The notes under the pieces: generated by a model | Database searches by the model: none | Seen by the model: the letters and a program-made list of their open reading frames with translations, nothing else | Told to the model about the DNA's origin: nothing | Shown here: positions 44,401 to 57,107 of the stretch, in pieces | How the letters are laid out: every line of letters begins with the position of its first letter | Position numbering within the stretch: the stretch's first letter is position 1 | Assembly: GCA_000320545.1 (NCBI GenBank) | Contig: ADNK01002407.1 | Location: 11,950 to 75,949, forward strand | Length of the DNA stretch: 64,000 nt | Source of the DNA: Bigelowiella natans CCMP2755 | Taxonomy: Eukaryota > Protista > Cercozoa | Direction: 5' to 3' | Program-made: the position numbers and the translations under genes

Positions 44401-45630
44401 CAGCTTTGCAGTCATTTGTCCACTTGCAGTCTTCCAGCCACGCTTTCGCATTGCCTTCGCTGCACAACGCAGGTGGGAAGGCACCAAACACGGGTCTCCA
44501 CGCGTCTTCGAAGGCTTCTCGGGAGAAGCGGGGGGGCACTTTGTCCCCCCGTCCACGTCTGGCCACCAGGGACCACACGCGACGCATGGATTGCGTGCTG
44601 GTGTCCCACTTCTGTTTCTTGTCGAACCAGTAGTCGCGCTGGACTTTCTGCATGGTTTTCCACAACAGTTTCTTTGTCCGTTGCAGGTCTGCAGAGACCG
44701 CAGCAATTGAGTGCCCACGCAATTTGAGACGGTTGCGGAGTCTGGACTTGGCTTTGATCGCAGTCTTGATCCTTGTGAGCTTGGGGTTCCACCAGACACA
44801 CTGACTGAACTTCCGGCAATGCCTGGGCTTTGTTGAACCCAGCACCCTCTTGCACACATCCATGGTCCGATGGAGCCAGGAGGCATGGGAAGAGTGTTCA
44901 GCTGCTTTGATGTCGGCAGTCAGGGCGTTCTGGAGCTTTTTCTTCAGGTGTGGAAGTCTGCCAAGTTTCGGTTTCCTCACAAACGCTGTCGGGGTGATTC
45001 CCACATCAACCATGCACTCCAAGACCGCGTGCCCTGAGGAGGACTCTTTGACAGCAAAGGACGGAGTTGGGTTTCTTCCGCACGCAGGAAACCACACCAC
45101 GTGATCAATGGTCGAGCTCACCTGTGCTCCTTTCCGTTCCACCACGTGGGTGGGTGCAGGATCCTGATCGTTCAGGATCGTGCAAGGAAGAAATTTCCCT
45201 TCCAGTGCGGCACGCCACTTCCGTCCCTTTTCAACTTTCAAGCGTTGGCAGTCCGTCTCAGGAGGTTGGATTGGGTCAAGAAGGCACGCATTCAGATCGC
45301 CACAGAGCAAAATGCCGGTGCAGTCTCCAAAGCGCGTGGCCACATCGTTGAGATCCAAAGTCAGGAGACGCAGGAATCTGTCAATTGTGGCCTTTGGGGG
45401 GTGCGTGGACGTTGCACAGGTGGAGGCATCCCTTTTGCAGGCGAATTCTGATCCAACAGCACTCCACGCCCGCCTCACCCACTCTTCTCCACATTGGTTT
45501 GAGGGCTTCAAACTTGACTCCTTTTCTGATCAGGAAGCCGGTGCCTCCACCTCTGACGCTGTCAGGGCGGGGAAAACTGGTCACTTGCCAGTCGGGCGGA
45601 GACCGATGTTCCGTTCTTTCTGAGTGAAAT
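41426..45630 (-). mobile_element. Degenerate non-LTR retrotransposon (LINE): APE endonuclease - RT - C-terminal SAP-like repeats and Cys/His knuckle; frameshifted and interrupted
   Basis: APE motifs GGGTGFLI, NVHAPP, GDLNA, PTH..STIDHV. RT motifs KAPGLDG, HRPITLLS, QGGF, FLDLKKAHDSV, GVPQGSVLAPFFFN, FADD, KCKVM, YLG. C-terminal CLLC..QHL.SC. Exact ends uncertain. Confidence 0.92.
43733..44116. mobile_element. 384-bp non-autonomous TIR element (MITE; TGT..ACA termini and 4-bp TSD, Ginger-like) inserted in the LINE RT
   Basis: ~32-bp TIR TGTGGGGACTT(TG/GA)AGTCCCTGTGCGTGCA; CCAA duplicated at 43729-43732 and 44117-44120. Removing the element and one TSD restores the RT frame ..LEHILW|RRIKKLK.. 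Confidence 0.9.
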
Positions 45631-46148
45631 CTTGTCCGATGAAATAATCATTTCGTTTTTTTTTCACGATAAACTGAAAACATCTAAGAAATTGTTCCTG
45701 CTGACAAAAACATCAGAGAGTCCCTTGAGATAGCGGTGGGTCTTTGTGGACGATGGCACAGATAGATGAAAGAATCCCCTGCATATATCTGAAATATACT
45801 TTCTAAAATTCACGTGGAAGAGATGGCGCATTATCTTTGCATCGAGATTCATCGAGCGGAGATGCAAGCGGACGAAATCGCGTCTCACAACAAAAACAAC
45901 AATAATCCAATGTTTTCGGGTGATGGACACACGAGAGATAAGAGAGATGAGAGATGAGAGATGAGAATATCTTCTCGGGCGTAGATCTGACAAATATTTA
46001 TAGATATTTGTGGTGTATAATCTTCGATAATTTTGTTGATATTTCGCAACAATTACAACAGCTGTAAACCAACATTTTCCACTAGAATCCCCGTCCAGGC
46101 TCAAGCTCCCCGCCCTCCTCGCTGTGGTGTTTTCCTCTGGTAGTAGCC

Positions 46149-46384
46149 ATGTCGGCGATCTCCGGGACCGCAGCGTCACTGAGCTACATCAAAATAGTGT
46201 TTAGAGGAGTGAGAAAGACGCTTGTGCTGCTGCCAATGACAAAGCCAGGAACTATCCGGAAGCTGTTGAGATCTGTTTACCATTTGAAAGAAGACGTAGC
46301 TGCTCTGTATGATCCTAGACACGACACGGTACTTCTCGTATTGTTATCTTTACTTTTCTGTTTCTCTCTTTCTCTTTCTCTCTC

Positions 46385-46425
<41 letters not shown>

Positions 46426-46442
46426 TCTCTTGTGTGTGTGGT

Positions 46443-46475
<33 letters not shown>

Positions 46476-46980
46476 CTCCCATCAAACGCTCATCCTATCT
46501 TACCGACTGCAACCTCACCTAATTAGTTGCTGTGCACACATCTTCCACGTAGATAATCCCCTTGCTACTTGTGCTGAGCGCCCCCTCCGCCTTCTCATCG
46601 ATCTACGGGTTGGTGACAGAAAAGTCCGGAATTCGTCAATTCGAAGAGAAGCAGGTTGCTTTTATTTATGTACTTTTATTTATGTATTATAATAGAAATC
46701 CGCGTATGAAATCGCGTCATATAAAGCCTGGATGTCAAAACACTTTGTTTGAACCCTCAGGAGAAGACCTACTCGTCAAAGAAGAGAGCTTCGAGTGAAG
46801 AGTGCGTTATTTCAATACAGACGTTGAGCAATGATGGAAGAGAATGCATGAAGAAATATAAATCCTATTGCGCGAAACAAGATTCAAGATCAGCTGCCCA
46901 ATTTTATTTTATCCCCCATTCGTCACCCCCCTTTCAAATTCCTGCGCGAAAATGCACACAAGCACGCACACGTTCATTGC

Positions 46981-47025
<45 letters not shown>

Positions 47026-47873
47026 ATTTGTGCTATTAGTGTGTTTGAGTTGTACAATGTGTCATGTATGTTCCAAAACATTCTTCCGCGTAATAATTTC
47101 GGGTTTTTGCTCCTAACTTATGGACCTTGCGCTCCTGACACAGAATTCATGGTGCTTTCTACAACAGCCCGGTAGCAGATGCTCGCCACACACGTTAGTG
47201 TGAGAAATACTGTCTTGAGTACTTCCTCGTTCGAGTAGCTCACAACTCATTTCTCCCTTTTCTACCATCTCATTTTAATTCATTACATCAACCACATTGC
47301 GATGCCGTTGCAATAACTGTGGAATCCCTTTCAGAAGCTCCAAGAGAGGCCGACAACGCGCGGCGGCCAGAGAGCGGATTACAGCGAAAGGTACCGAGCG
47401 ACTGTAGGACATTCCCTCGTAGCAATCGAAAGGTTTTTCACGTAGTTCTTCTTCGGGTTCTCCGATCTTGGCTGGCATTGGTTGTTACATCGGTTGCACG
47501 CGTTTGGGGGTCAGATAGGTGTGCACGGGGGAAAGAACAAGAAGTATATGACTAGGAAGCATTAGGACTTTGAGTATTGTGTCGACGAAATCAATTGTTT
47601 GCTCAGTGGAAAGCGCTCGCTCGAGGCAATGGGAATCCGGCCGATGTCAAGGCGATCTGGTTCTTACAACACTTACAACAATTTAAGCCGAAATGGTTTT
47701 CAATAGCCAAAACACACACGCGCTCACACGCACGCACACGCACACACGCACACGTATACACACACGTACACACACGAAGCATTGCTGCGTTAAGTATAAT
47801 ATCCATTTATTTATTGATTCGTTTTTACGACAAATACTCAGTTCCCAATCCGAAGGGGCGCTTGCACCTATGA
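46149..47873 (+). CDS. Multi-exon gene of unknown function
   Basis: ATG 46149 MSAISGTAASLSYIKIVFRG..DPRHDT|GT, with further GT-AG-bounded exons (IIPLLLVLSAPSAF.., AIWFLQHLQQFKPKW, FYDKYSVPNPKGRLHL*). Confidence 0.45.
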
Positions 47874-48999
47874 TTTCTTCAAAGCTGGGATTTCAACAGG
47901 CATTAAGCATTAATTGAGAGAATATACCGAATTTGGTCATTACCTGGAAATTGGTGTTGTCGGAGCAAACGCAAAGCGTGCATGAATTTAACAGATACAT
48001 CGTCGAAGAATCACACTCATCATGTTGCCGTACTTCGGCGCGACGATCAGTGAGATTGGGCAAAGGATTGTTTGAAAGCATTTGTGTTGTTGAACTGAAT
48101 GTAATGATAGTTTTTCCAAAATAATGAGAACCACCGATTGTGGACATGGCATTGTGATGCCGTACTAACTTAAAGCGCGCAAACTCGTTTAGTGAGAAGC
48201 AGCATGTGTTCCAGTATGGCAGTGTTCGCGCGAGATGCAGCAGCTAAGTCTAGGTGTGTTGCGTGTTGCAATAGTGCATGCGTATGCGTGCATACGCATG
48301 TGACATGTGCAGTATTTTGACATTCAATGTTGAGGAACAATGACCTGTCAATTTTGCTTGTTTGCTCAAAATGGCAGCAGCTATGCATGCATGCATGGAA
48401 GCCACTACGATGACGACATCATAATCATGACATAACAACCATGTCGTTTTGTCAAGTTGTGCAATGAATCTAGTGAACACTAAGTGCGCACTGGTGCAGT
48501 TTTGCAGTCCATGGCAGTCAGGCACAGGGCAGTGTGTGTGCGCTGCCGCTTAGCTAATTCGCAGATGCATCAGGTGCGCAGTTGTTGAGACCCTACTGAC
48601 GTCAATGTGATCCACGCTTTTGTCTTGTGCCTGCATCCCGCAGCGGTTACTTGCTGGCGTCCTTTTGCAGGTACACTGATGCATGTATGTCGTTGCTGTG
48701 CTGTGATCAGCATGATGATAGACATGCACCAGATTCTGTGCATGTTTCATTACAAACTAGACAACATTTAGACTTTTTTGCATGTCACAGCTTTAAATGG
48801 TGCCTGCAATGACTTGCCAACACTAGAGACTTTGTTTCTCTTCAATGTGCTCAGAGTTCAGAAACATTTTTGGCCCCTTTTTCTTCTTTGATGAACCGTA
48901 ATGATCCAGGGAGACTATTCCCGGTTTGCGTTTCCGCAAAGTGTCTTTCTTATTCAGAGTTGTCGCGGTCATGCTGAAAGGCACAAAAGTCTTCTCCAG

Positions 49000-50437
49000 C
49001 GATTTGAATGTCACGATTTTGTCGGCTTGGAATTTGGTGTAGTCGATCCCTGTGTTTCGGTTACGAATACACGTTGTACAATGATGTCTTCCGGGTCTAA
49101 GTTGATCTCTGATGGCTCAACCTCCACTCCATTTGCAGTAACGACGAGGATCTGTTCACAAATGATGAAAATGTGCAAAAGTGGTTAACACTGCTGCCCG
49201 CTAATTACTTATGTCGTTACAAAATACTACCCTGATGTAACCGAGGAGCGAAGTTCGCAGGTCTACAGAGCCGCTCAAGTTAAGGTGAAGTCTCGCCATG
49301 CAGTCTGTCAGGTCCACTGTGCTCCTTTGTTTGCGTGAGTGGTTGTGTTTGGTGTGTGTGTATGTGTGTGTGTCAGGGAGAGGGGGATAGTTGCTAATAG
49401 CAAACTGCAATAATGTGCATCATTGAAATGCGGAAAAATCAAACCAGAATATGTACAAACCGAACGACATTGCTCTTCTCACAGCCCTCGCATTCTGAAT
49501 TCCTCGCGAATACAGTCACCCGTCCAGCATAGTAAGGCGACGATACGGATGTATATGGACTTTCAAGTCCTATGAAAACTCTGATCGAGTAGGGTTGACC
49601 CAGGATAGTCTTGTGAACCTTCTTGAAGTAAAGAAGGTAGTAAACTTCACCTCGATTGGGCTTGTACTTCTTCAGCAGATACTCCTTGAAAAGGAGACTT
49701 TTCTCCTCTTTGGTTCTTCCCGGATTTGGGAGTTTGAAGTCATCGTAGGTGTATCCGAGTTTCTCAATGTCCCTCACTTGATCTGAGGTCCAGTATCCGT
49801 TGCTTGAACAGAAAGGTGCCAATCCCGTTTCCCCGGTGACGGTGGATCCACGCCGCAAAACATATCGAGTTTTCCGGGTCAAGAACTTGAAGAGTTTTTG
49901 TGAAGAAAATTGATGGAATGCCATCCATCTGTGTGATGTCGTCTGCCCAGTCGAAGTACGGGAAGCGGGGCTTTTTAGAAGCAGTAAGCCATTTTACCTT
50001 CTCAGCCTTGTCCTCGCTCACGTTGTCAGCGATGATTTTAGCCTCTTTTCTGATTTCTTGTTCGATTAGAAGCATGTAAGCGCGATGCCATGTCGGGAAA
50101 AGAATGGATCCGTGGTGGCAATATCCTTTCCATGCAGTCTCCTTAGCTTCGCCTTCTATGGGATCTCCACTATAGCGCTTGTACGGCAATCCATGAATGC
50201 CTCCGATTTGATAGAATGAGCCTGAGAAAGTAAAAACGTCAATCTAAATTCGACATTAAATGGTTTGAACGCTACCCGGATCATCCGGATTCTTCGCCTT
50301 GATCGCATTGAAGCCATGACCAAAAAAATCCATTGATAGGGAAGGTCTCCATCAAGACCAGAGCTTGATCGACGGATGTTGTGTCGGATTCCGACGTCCT
50401 TTGGTGGAGAAACAACGAGTGGTTCCTTGCCATCCAT
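49000..50437 (-). pseudogene. Fungal-type tyrosinase pseudogene (CuA present, CuB region deleted, frameshifts)
   Basis: SFYQIGGIHGLPY..GYCHHGSILFPTWHRAY..PYFDWA (CuA), then a jump with frameshift to TGLAPF..YWTSDQVRD..LGYTY and a C-terminal domain containing CEGC. No HN..H or DPIF.LHH CuB motif in between. Confidence 0.8.
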
Positions 50438-51584
50438 TGTCTTTTTGCCAGTCAGATTCTTCATTTTTGGTGTGCTTCGTGCTTGGATTTTGTGTGCACC
50501 GCACTTGGGAAGAGCAACATCTTGCAGAAAACTTCGCATGTTCCCTCGACAAACACGGCAAAGCGACAACAAAATCCCCATGTCGTCGTGTGGACATTCA
50601 GCACCGAAACTTTGATTTGGTTCCAGTTGGTGCTGGAACTGCAGCTGGTGTGCTCTTTTCTTGCTCTGCTTTCCTTCGCTCATGGAATGTGGCCATTTGA
50701 ATCTAGTGTTCGCGTCAAAATCGCTTTCTTCTGACACCGGACACCCAAAGAGAAACGCGATGCAATGCAAGAGAAAAGTGCTGCGAGTCATTGAACACCC
50801 GCAGCGTCCGGAGGAGGGGCCGGAGCGATTTGGACTCAAATGTGTTGTCAAGTGTGTTGTCAGATCTGTGAGAACACGCACGCGCGAAGTTCAATATTCG
50901 ATCTTCGAGGAACATTGCTCCATGGATCAGGGATCTAAATCTAGAGATTCTCCCGCTGTTCCCTCTCCTCGGAGATCCACTGGAGATCGTCCAAACCCTC
51001 CATGATCCATGGGGCGGGGCATCCTTGTCGTCGCTCTCGCGGGCATTTTGGTGTCTAGCAAATCGTTTCGCGGAGGAAAAGGGTCGGATGCAATCTGATT
51101 AGATGCTAAATGCATCGTTGCCTTGACAGTGTTCTCACAACAGAGCAGAGGCGGAGCAGAGACTGTGCTTAGCACCCACGCTATCTGCCCTCCCCATCCC
51201 GCAAAGTTTGGTGCAAGTGATGGGATTTCATGGTGACCATGTGAACTTCGACAAATCTGCTGCAGGGATGCGTTGGGCAGGACATGTTGGGTTGCGGTGC
51301 GACTGTATTTTAAATTTGTTTGATGATTTAGTCATAGCAAAGTTCATGCTGACCTTCTGTTTCATGAGAGCACATCCCTCATGCGGAACACCTGAAGAGA
51401 CGAGAAAGAACATGTTCATGTGATTTGAGTCTAGAGATCACACCTTTTGTTCTTGCAACAATCAAAAACCAGATGCAGATTGCACACACAATGAAATGAT
51501 ACCTGAAGAGACTTCAATGAATGCACTGCCTTGTGAAACCATCGAAGAAAACAAAAATAACGTTGATCTTGTAGAAAATGAAAT

Positions 51585-52681
51585 GTGTTTTTTTCTTACA
51601 TTGCAATGAAAAGATATAGTGATCCTCGTTACGTCAACACGACGGTTTTTGGCTTTCTTCCTCACACGAATCTCTTCAGTGATATGAGAGCGTTGGTAAG
51701 TAAGCTGTTGCATGGCGAGGCTTTTCCAGGCCATGTGAGTAACGACAAGAAGCTTTTCTTAGATGCAATGCAGTCGGAATTCGGATACATTTTCGTATTT
51801 TGGGACATTCCTCAGCATCTCTGTGCCAAGAACTACAATAACCACGGTTTGTGCATTGACACATAGCATTCTAATCCATTCATAGCACAATCCCCTCCCC
51901 AAAGATCAACGTGTTCTAAATCTCCTTCTCAACTTGCCTATCTATGCTACCAAGAAAATTGCGGCCTGACAGCAGTCTTGAGGGACTTTGAATTGTCACA
52001 CATTCAAGATAAGAGTTATGCGTTCCCCCCCTCCGCCCCACGGGAGCTTGCAAAAATAGACTATTCGGCCTGCGACGGGAAATGGGGACGGAGTTGCTTT
52101 AATTGCGCAACATATCCTGCCTCGGTGGGACTGCCGGTTCCAGAAAATTCAGGAATGCTCGATAGGTCATCATTGACACTAAACCCTTGGTGCTACACTC
52201 GTACATGTTCTTGCTTTTCAGTGACAAGATACAAGATGTTTAATGTCAACAGAGTTTCTGACCATGATAGCCCATCCGCACCATCGCGCACACTTCCTCT
52301 CTCATGTTTTAGATCTGACAAATTTTGAACTTCACAAACAAGAGATTTCACACATTCAAACCGGATTCATCACACATGTCTATAGTTTAGGCTTTTGTCA
52401 TTCCTGTGTCGTCGACTCGAAAAAATCATGGCACCCTAGCTAGCCAACAAAATGCCTCTACTAATCCTCCCCCTTGTTTCTTGTGCAGATATCTTCCAAA
52501 AATGGCTTCTTTTCCCGATGCCTTTTGCAGATGTTACCAGGCTGGTGAATGGCTGCCATCTGAAAACTGTTTTGCCAACACTGGAACAGATCATAATCCC
52601 AAAAAGATCAAAGTTTCCTGCAAATTTCAAAACCCTCCAGAGCTGAATCAATGCCGTAACGAAGACGTCATCAGATGGTGA
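51585..52681 (+). CDS. Possible spliced gene fragment, Cys-rich, unknown function
   Basis: Normal-TA island with exon-like ORFs (DYSACDGKWGRSCFNCATYP, DAFCRCYQAGEW) and GT/AG signals between two TA-depleted tracts. Confidence 0.3.
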
Positions 52682-54699
52682 AGGTGAGTCTGGAAAATTG
52701 ATGAAATTTTGCTTTTTCGGGGCGGTTTTTCGTCAAACCTAGAATCAGAAATGCAATGCACGCACCAGTGCGTGGCAGAGCCCAGCGCGAAAACTTTGTG
52801 CGTCCTGATGCATGATGCAGATCAACATGCGCTTTGGACAAATGTCAGCTGCATGTCCAGCGCAAAGACATGATGCGACCTAGCGACTGCGGTTCCAGAA
52901 GCATTTGGTTGGTGCTTGCTAGCTTGGGCAGACGTGTCAGCATGCTCCTCCCTGAAGAACACAATTGCGTGTGCAACACCTGTGCGATGCATGTGATCAA
53001 GAGCGCCAGAGCGCGCGATGCTGATGACCTCATTGCGCTGCGCATCGATTGTATGCACACTGGCTAGCTGGCAGCTGGCGTGTGTCAGTCTAGCAGTGCG
53101 TGCACACACACACACACACACGTGACCACCAAAAGCCAAAATCAGCCAAAATTGGCAACATGCGATCAGACCAAAAATCGACCGAGAACAATCCGAAAAG
53201 CGTATCGCGTGAGTCTCCTTTCGGCCGCAGGAAACGCGTGGACTGAAAAATCCACCACATCTGATTTGAGCTTTGCTAGCTTTGGGGAGGGCTCAGATCG
53301 AACCAAAACTGGCTAGCTGGTCTGAATCAAGTTCGTGTCAGTTTTTTCATGTTGCTGATGCCTTCGTAGTTGTTGATCAGATCTGACCACAGCTAGTTTG
53401 CGCACACCCTCGTGAGCTTGCAAAACTGTCAGTGCAGCAATGAACGCAACTGCGCCAGCTGCGTTTCAGAAGTGGTGAGCATTTTGCAATTTGCGCCCGC
53501 TGGCAGACGTTGAAAAGTGAGGTTTTGAAGCTGAAATTTTCAAGACAAAATTCAAATCATGAACTTCAAACAGGCTCCAGTTTGCTTCCAATGTCCAATT
53601 GCAACGATTGAGCGCGCAAGGTCGCGCGCGCGGGCAGCATGGCCAAGTGGGTTGCATTGTGCAAAACCCAGTCGTCACTGGGTTTGGGAAAGTTGTGCAG
53701 AGATGCTGATGACATGCGTCAGCACACCTAGTTAGCTAGCTAGCTGCAGCCATGCGTGCTGTGTCATCGAATTTTAGCCGTTGACTGACGTCAACATTTG
53801 TCATTCATTTTTGACTTTCCGCATCAAAAGTCACATGCTAGCTAGCTAGCACACTGTTTCTACCATGATCATGATCGTCATGTCTTTCTTTGCTACGACG
53901 ACATCCTGGCACTGAAGTTGTTGTCATGCCAACCGCTAGACCGACCACTCTCATTGCTAGCACCGACTCCGTTGCTACGCCTAGCTGCTGCGGAATGACC
54001 GGTCGGCCTGCTAACGCGATAAGCACCATCACCGCTTCTGGCCTTTCCTTCATGCTCTGCAGGGGCTGTTTCATAAGGCCTATTTGAAAAACCGTCAGGA
54101 GTCGTAGCTGCTCCTCTACCTATGCTGCGACGACGGGGGGACGGTGTAGAGCTCTGCCCCAGTCGCCTTGTCCTCCTACTGTTCCCGCTGCTGGGACGTC
54201 TCCCTCTGCCGTGGCTGCTGCTCCTTTCCTTGTCGCTGCGACGGGCACTGGGTGAAGAAGGGCTCCTGCTACCACGATTGCTACGCCGTCCTCCCCCTCC
54301 TCCTGGAAAAAGATGGAAAAATACCACGTTTTGGTTTTCTTTTTAACAATCGGGTGTCGGAAAAGTGGTCATTGCCAAAAAGTCGAGATGTGAACTTAAA
54401 ACAAAGGGAATGGCATTTCAAGCAAAATCCCACTTGGAGGAAGCACATCCCAATCTTTCGGAAGCGCTTTAATGTCAGTAAGAATATCTCCCGACCCACG
54501 CATGAATGCGCCTGAATCAATTACGAGAGAACATCGATGCAATTCAAATTCTTAAAACATTGAAAGGGACGTGGTTATAAGCGAATTCTCTTGGTGCTTT
54601 CCTGTCTTGTTTTAACCTCCTATCCCCCCCCCTCTTCCCCCTCCCCCTTCATCTCCCTTTCTACCTACAACGCCGTGAACAACGACGGGAGGTTCTATG

Positions 54700-55284
54700 G
54701 CGACTGGAGTGCAATGCTTGAGCGCATGGTTAGCAACCTGACGTCGCATGTGAATAATACATACGAATTATAATTATAGATACGAACATATATACATATA
54801 TATTCTACATAAATGTGTGAGTTGTGTGTTTGTGTGTGTGTGCAATATCTTATAAGCACGCATATTTTAATAATATTCAAATCCTTGAAACATCCGAAAA
54901 ATCTGCAAATGGTAAACGTTCGATGACCGAACGCCCCCTGACGGTATGTCCCTCATAAGCCGTCTCGCTCTTTCTGGGGGGGGGGAGGAGGGGACTTCCA
55001 GGACTACATTGCTGCATTTTGACATTTCCATTTGCGCTATATATTTTCAATTTGTTATGATCGAAGTACCGATGGCTGCACGTTTCGAGTAGATATTGTT
55101 ATATGCGGAACCTAGCGATTTCACAAGTAAATGAAGAGTGAAAGCTCTCAGAAGGAGTATGTTTATAAAGAATTTGATTGGACTTTGATATATCATATGA
55201 TAGACTACCTAATACTCCCTCACATACTTTTTACACGGGCTCTCCCTCTCCATGTTCCTCTCCCCCCCCCCCCCCCTCCTCTCG

Positions 55285-55322
<38 letters not shown>

Positions 55323-56050
55323 TTTCTCCCACACTGCACATATCCATGCCAGGAACCGAGCGCGAAATGCGAAGCTACCTCGTTTCCTACTTTGGCCTCG
55401 AAACCGTTCCCTATCTTGCCTGGACCCCCGCCGCGTAAAAAAAAAACAAGTTTTTTATCATCACAAAACAGGCATTGTAGGGGCAGTCCCCTCCCCCCCC
55501 CCCCTTCCCCTCCCCCCTGCCTTCCAAACGTCCTCCCCTCTTTTAACTGTTCATACCGACGGTTAAGATCTGAACTTCTCGATGGGCGTAAAACCCTGTG
55601 ATTTCGACAGAGACTTTCATTCCGACCCCCACCTGCGAGCGATGGCCAAAAAATCAATGACAATGCTGACGATAAGAATAATAATGATGAACAGCAGCAG
55701 TTGCAAACGAGGCTTTATACGCGTTCTACTGGAAGGGGGGAAATCGCTCTCTCTTTTTCAAGCTTCATAGCTGTAGGCAGGAGATCGAAGATCAGGGTAC
55801 TACAACCACAGGCACCACTGCTTTATATGCTAATCATTCTCAATGCGCCATATCACACATAGCTATCGGTTGGCACGCTACCGCTTCTACGCAGTCTTTG
55901 GTCGGAAGGAACTTCGTGGTGACGTGGAAATTGCATACGTTGTTAAGCAGCGACTCGATTCTACGTGGCGTGGATTAGAAAAGGGGGAGGGAACGTGATA
56001 TGGTTGAGACCATGCTGATGGATCATCGATATGTATGAATATGGAGATTA

Positions 56051-56125
<75 letters not shown>

Positions 56126-56459
56126 GAGAGAGAGAAAACTCGTCAACCTCGCATTCTTAAGGAAAGTCTCCGCAATTCGTCTCTTGGAAGGCGCATCGAA
56201 GAAGATTCCAGTATACAACACCTTTGTCGTAGCCTGCAGCCCTCCTACGGCAATACCAATGCAAAAAACACGATTATATATATATGCGCGGGTCCAATCC
56301 ACGAGCTTGCTATAGTATATATCTTGATCATATGCATGATATGCACGTGTATAATTCTGTGTGTGTATATGCATAAGTGCCTGAGTGTCTGCGTCGCTAT
56401 TAACTTCCTATTGTACATTTCCTATGCGCTACTGATGTTTCATATAGATAAATAAAAAT

Positions 56460-56498
<39 letters not shown>

Positions 56499-56703
56499 TT
56501 AAAATTTATATAAGTATATAGCAGCAGCACTACTTTGTTTCATTGGCCCGGCTGTCAGTACTCGCATGATCGAGGGCTCCTTCATGAGCCTTATACGCTG
56601 CACGAAGCTTTGCAGCTTGTTTTTAGGCACCTTCCCACGGATAGCGATCCAAAGCCAACAATGAACGCCATACATTGCAAATCATACACATAAACACACA
56701 CAG

Positions 56704-56739
<36 letters not shown>

Positions 56740-56805
56740 AAGCATACGTTTCTATTTATGTATTATATGTATTATATTTGTGTGTGTATAATACTTGTAC
56801 CAGAT

Positions 56806-56846
<41 letters not shown>

Positions 56847-56946
56847 AAGAACGAGGAGAATTAGTGCAGACTTCCCTCCCACCAAACCCCAGGCATTACA
56901 TCTGGTTGCAAATTATTTTTTTTTTTTTTTTTCCCCCTCCCCCCCC

Positions 56947-56982
<36 letters not shown>

Positions 56983-57061
56983 ACGTCTCTCCCTCTCTCA
57001 CCAAAGAAATATTCCTCTCCAAATACATCAAAGGAGGGCAATTTAGATCGGCACAGTTACG

Positions 57062-57107
<46 letters not shown>

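Larger units (their letters stand above)
38345..45643. other. TpA-depleted (hypermutated) tract, largest of about ten in the window
   Basis: A manual scan finds ~16 TA dinucleotides in ~7.3 kb, all within CTA/TAG/CTAG; flanking DNA is TA-rich. Confidence 0.9.

Noticed and set aside
38587-45627. Many long overlapping Cys/His-rich ORFs in all frames (e.g. 38834..39310, 42032..43027, 43734..44315)
   Set aside because: Artefact of TAA/TAG loss in the TA-depleted tract; only the LINE and WD40 frames have recognisable motifs.
38345-45643. Alternative genetic code or simple GC-rich isochore as the explanation for missing TA/Tyr
   Set aside because: Non-coding DNA is affected equally, AA/TT/AT are plentiful, and neighbouring genes use Tyr and TAA/TAG/TGA normally.
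50920-51012. 10-bp inverted repeat CCATGGATCA...TGATCCATGG
   Set aside because: Short, with no TSD and no second copy in the window.
53893-54346. Arg/Ser-rich (-) and Leu-rich (+) ORFs
   Set aside because: Low complexity with no consistent frame, start or splice support.
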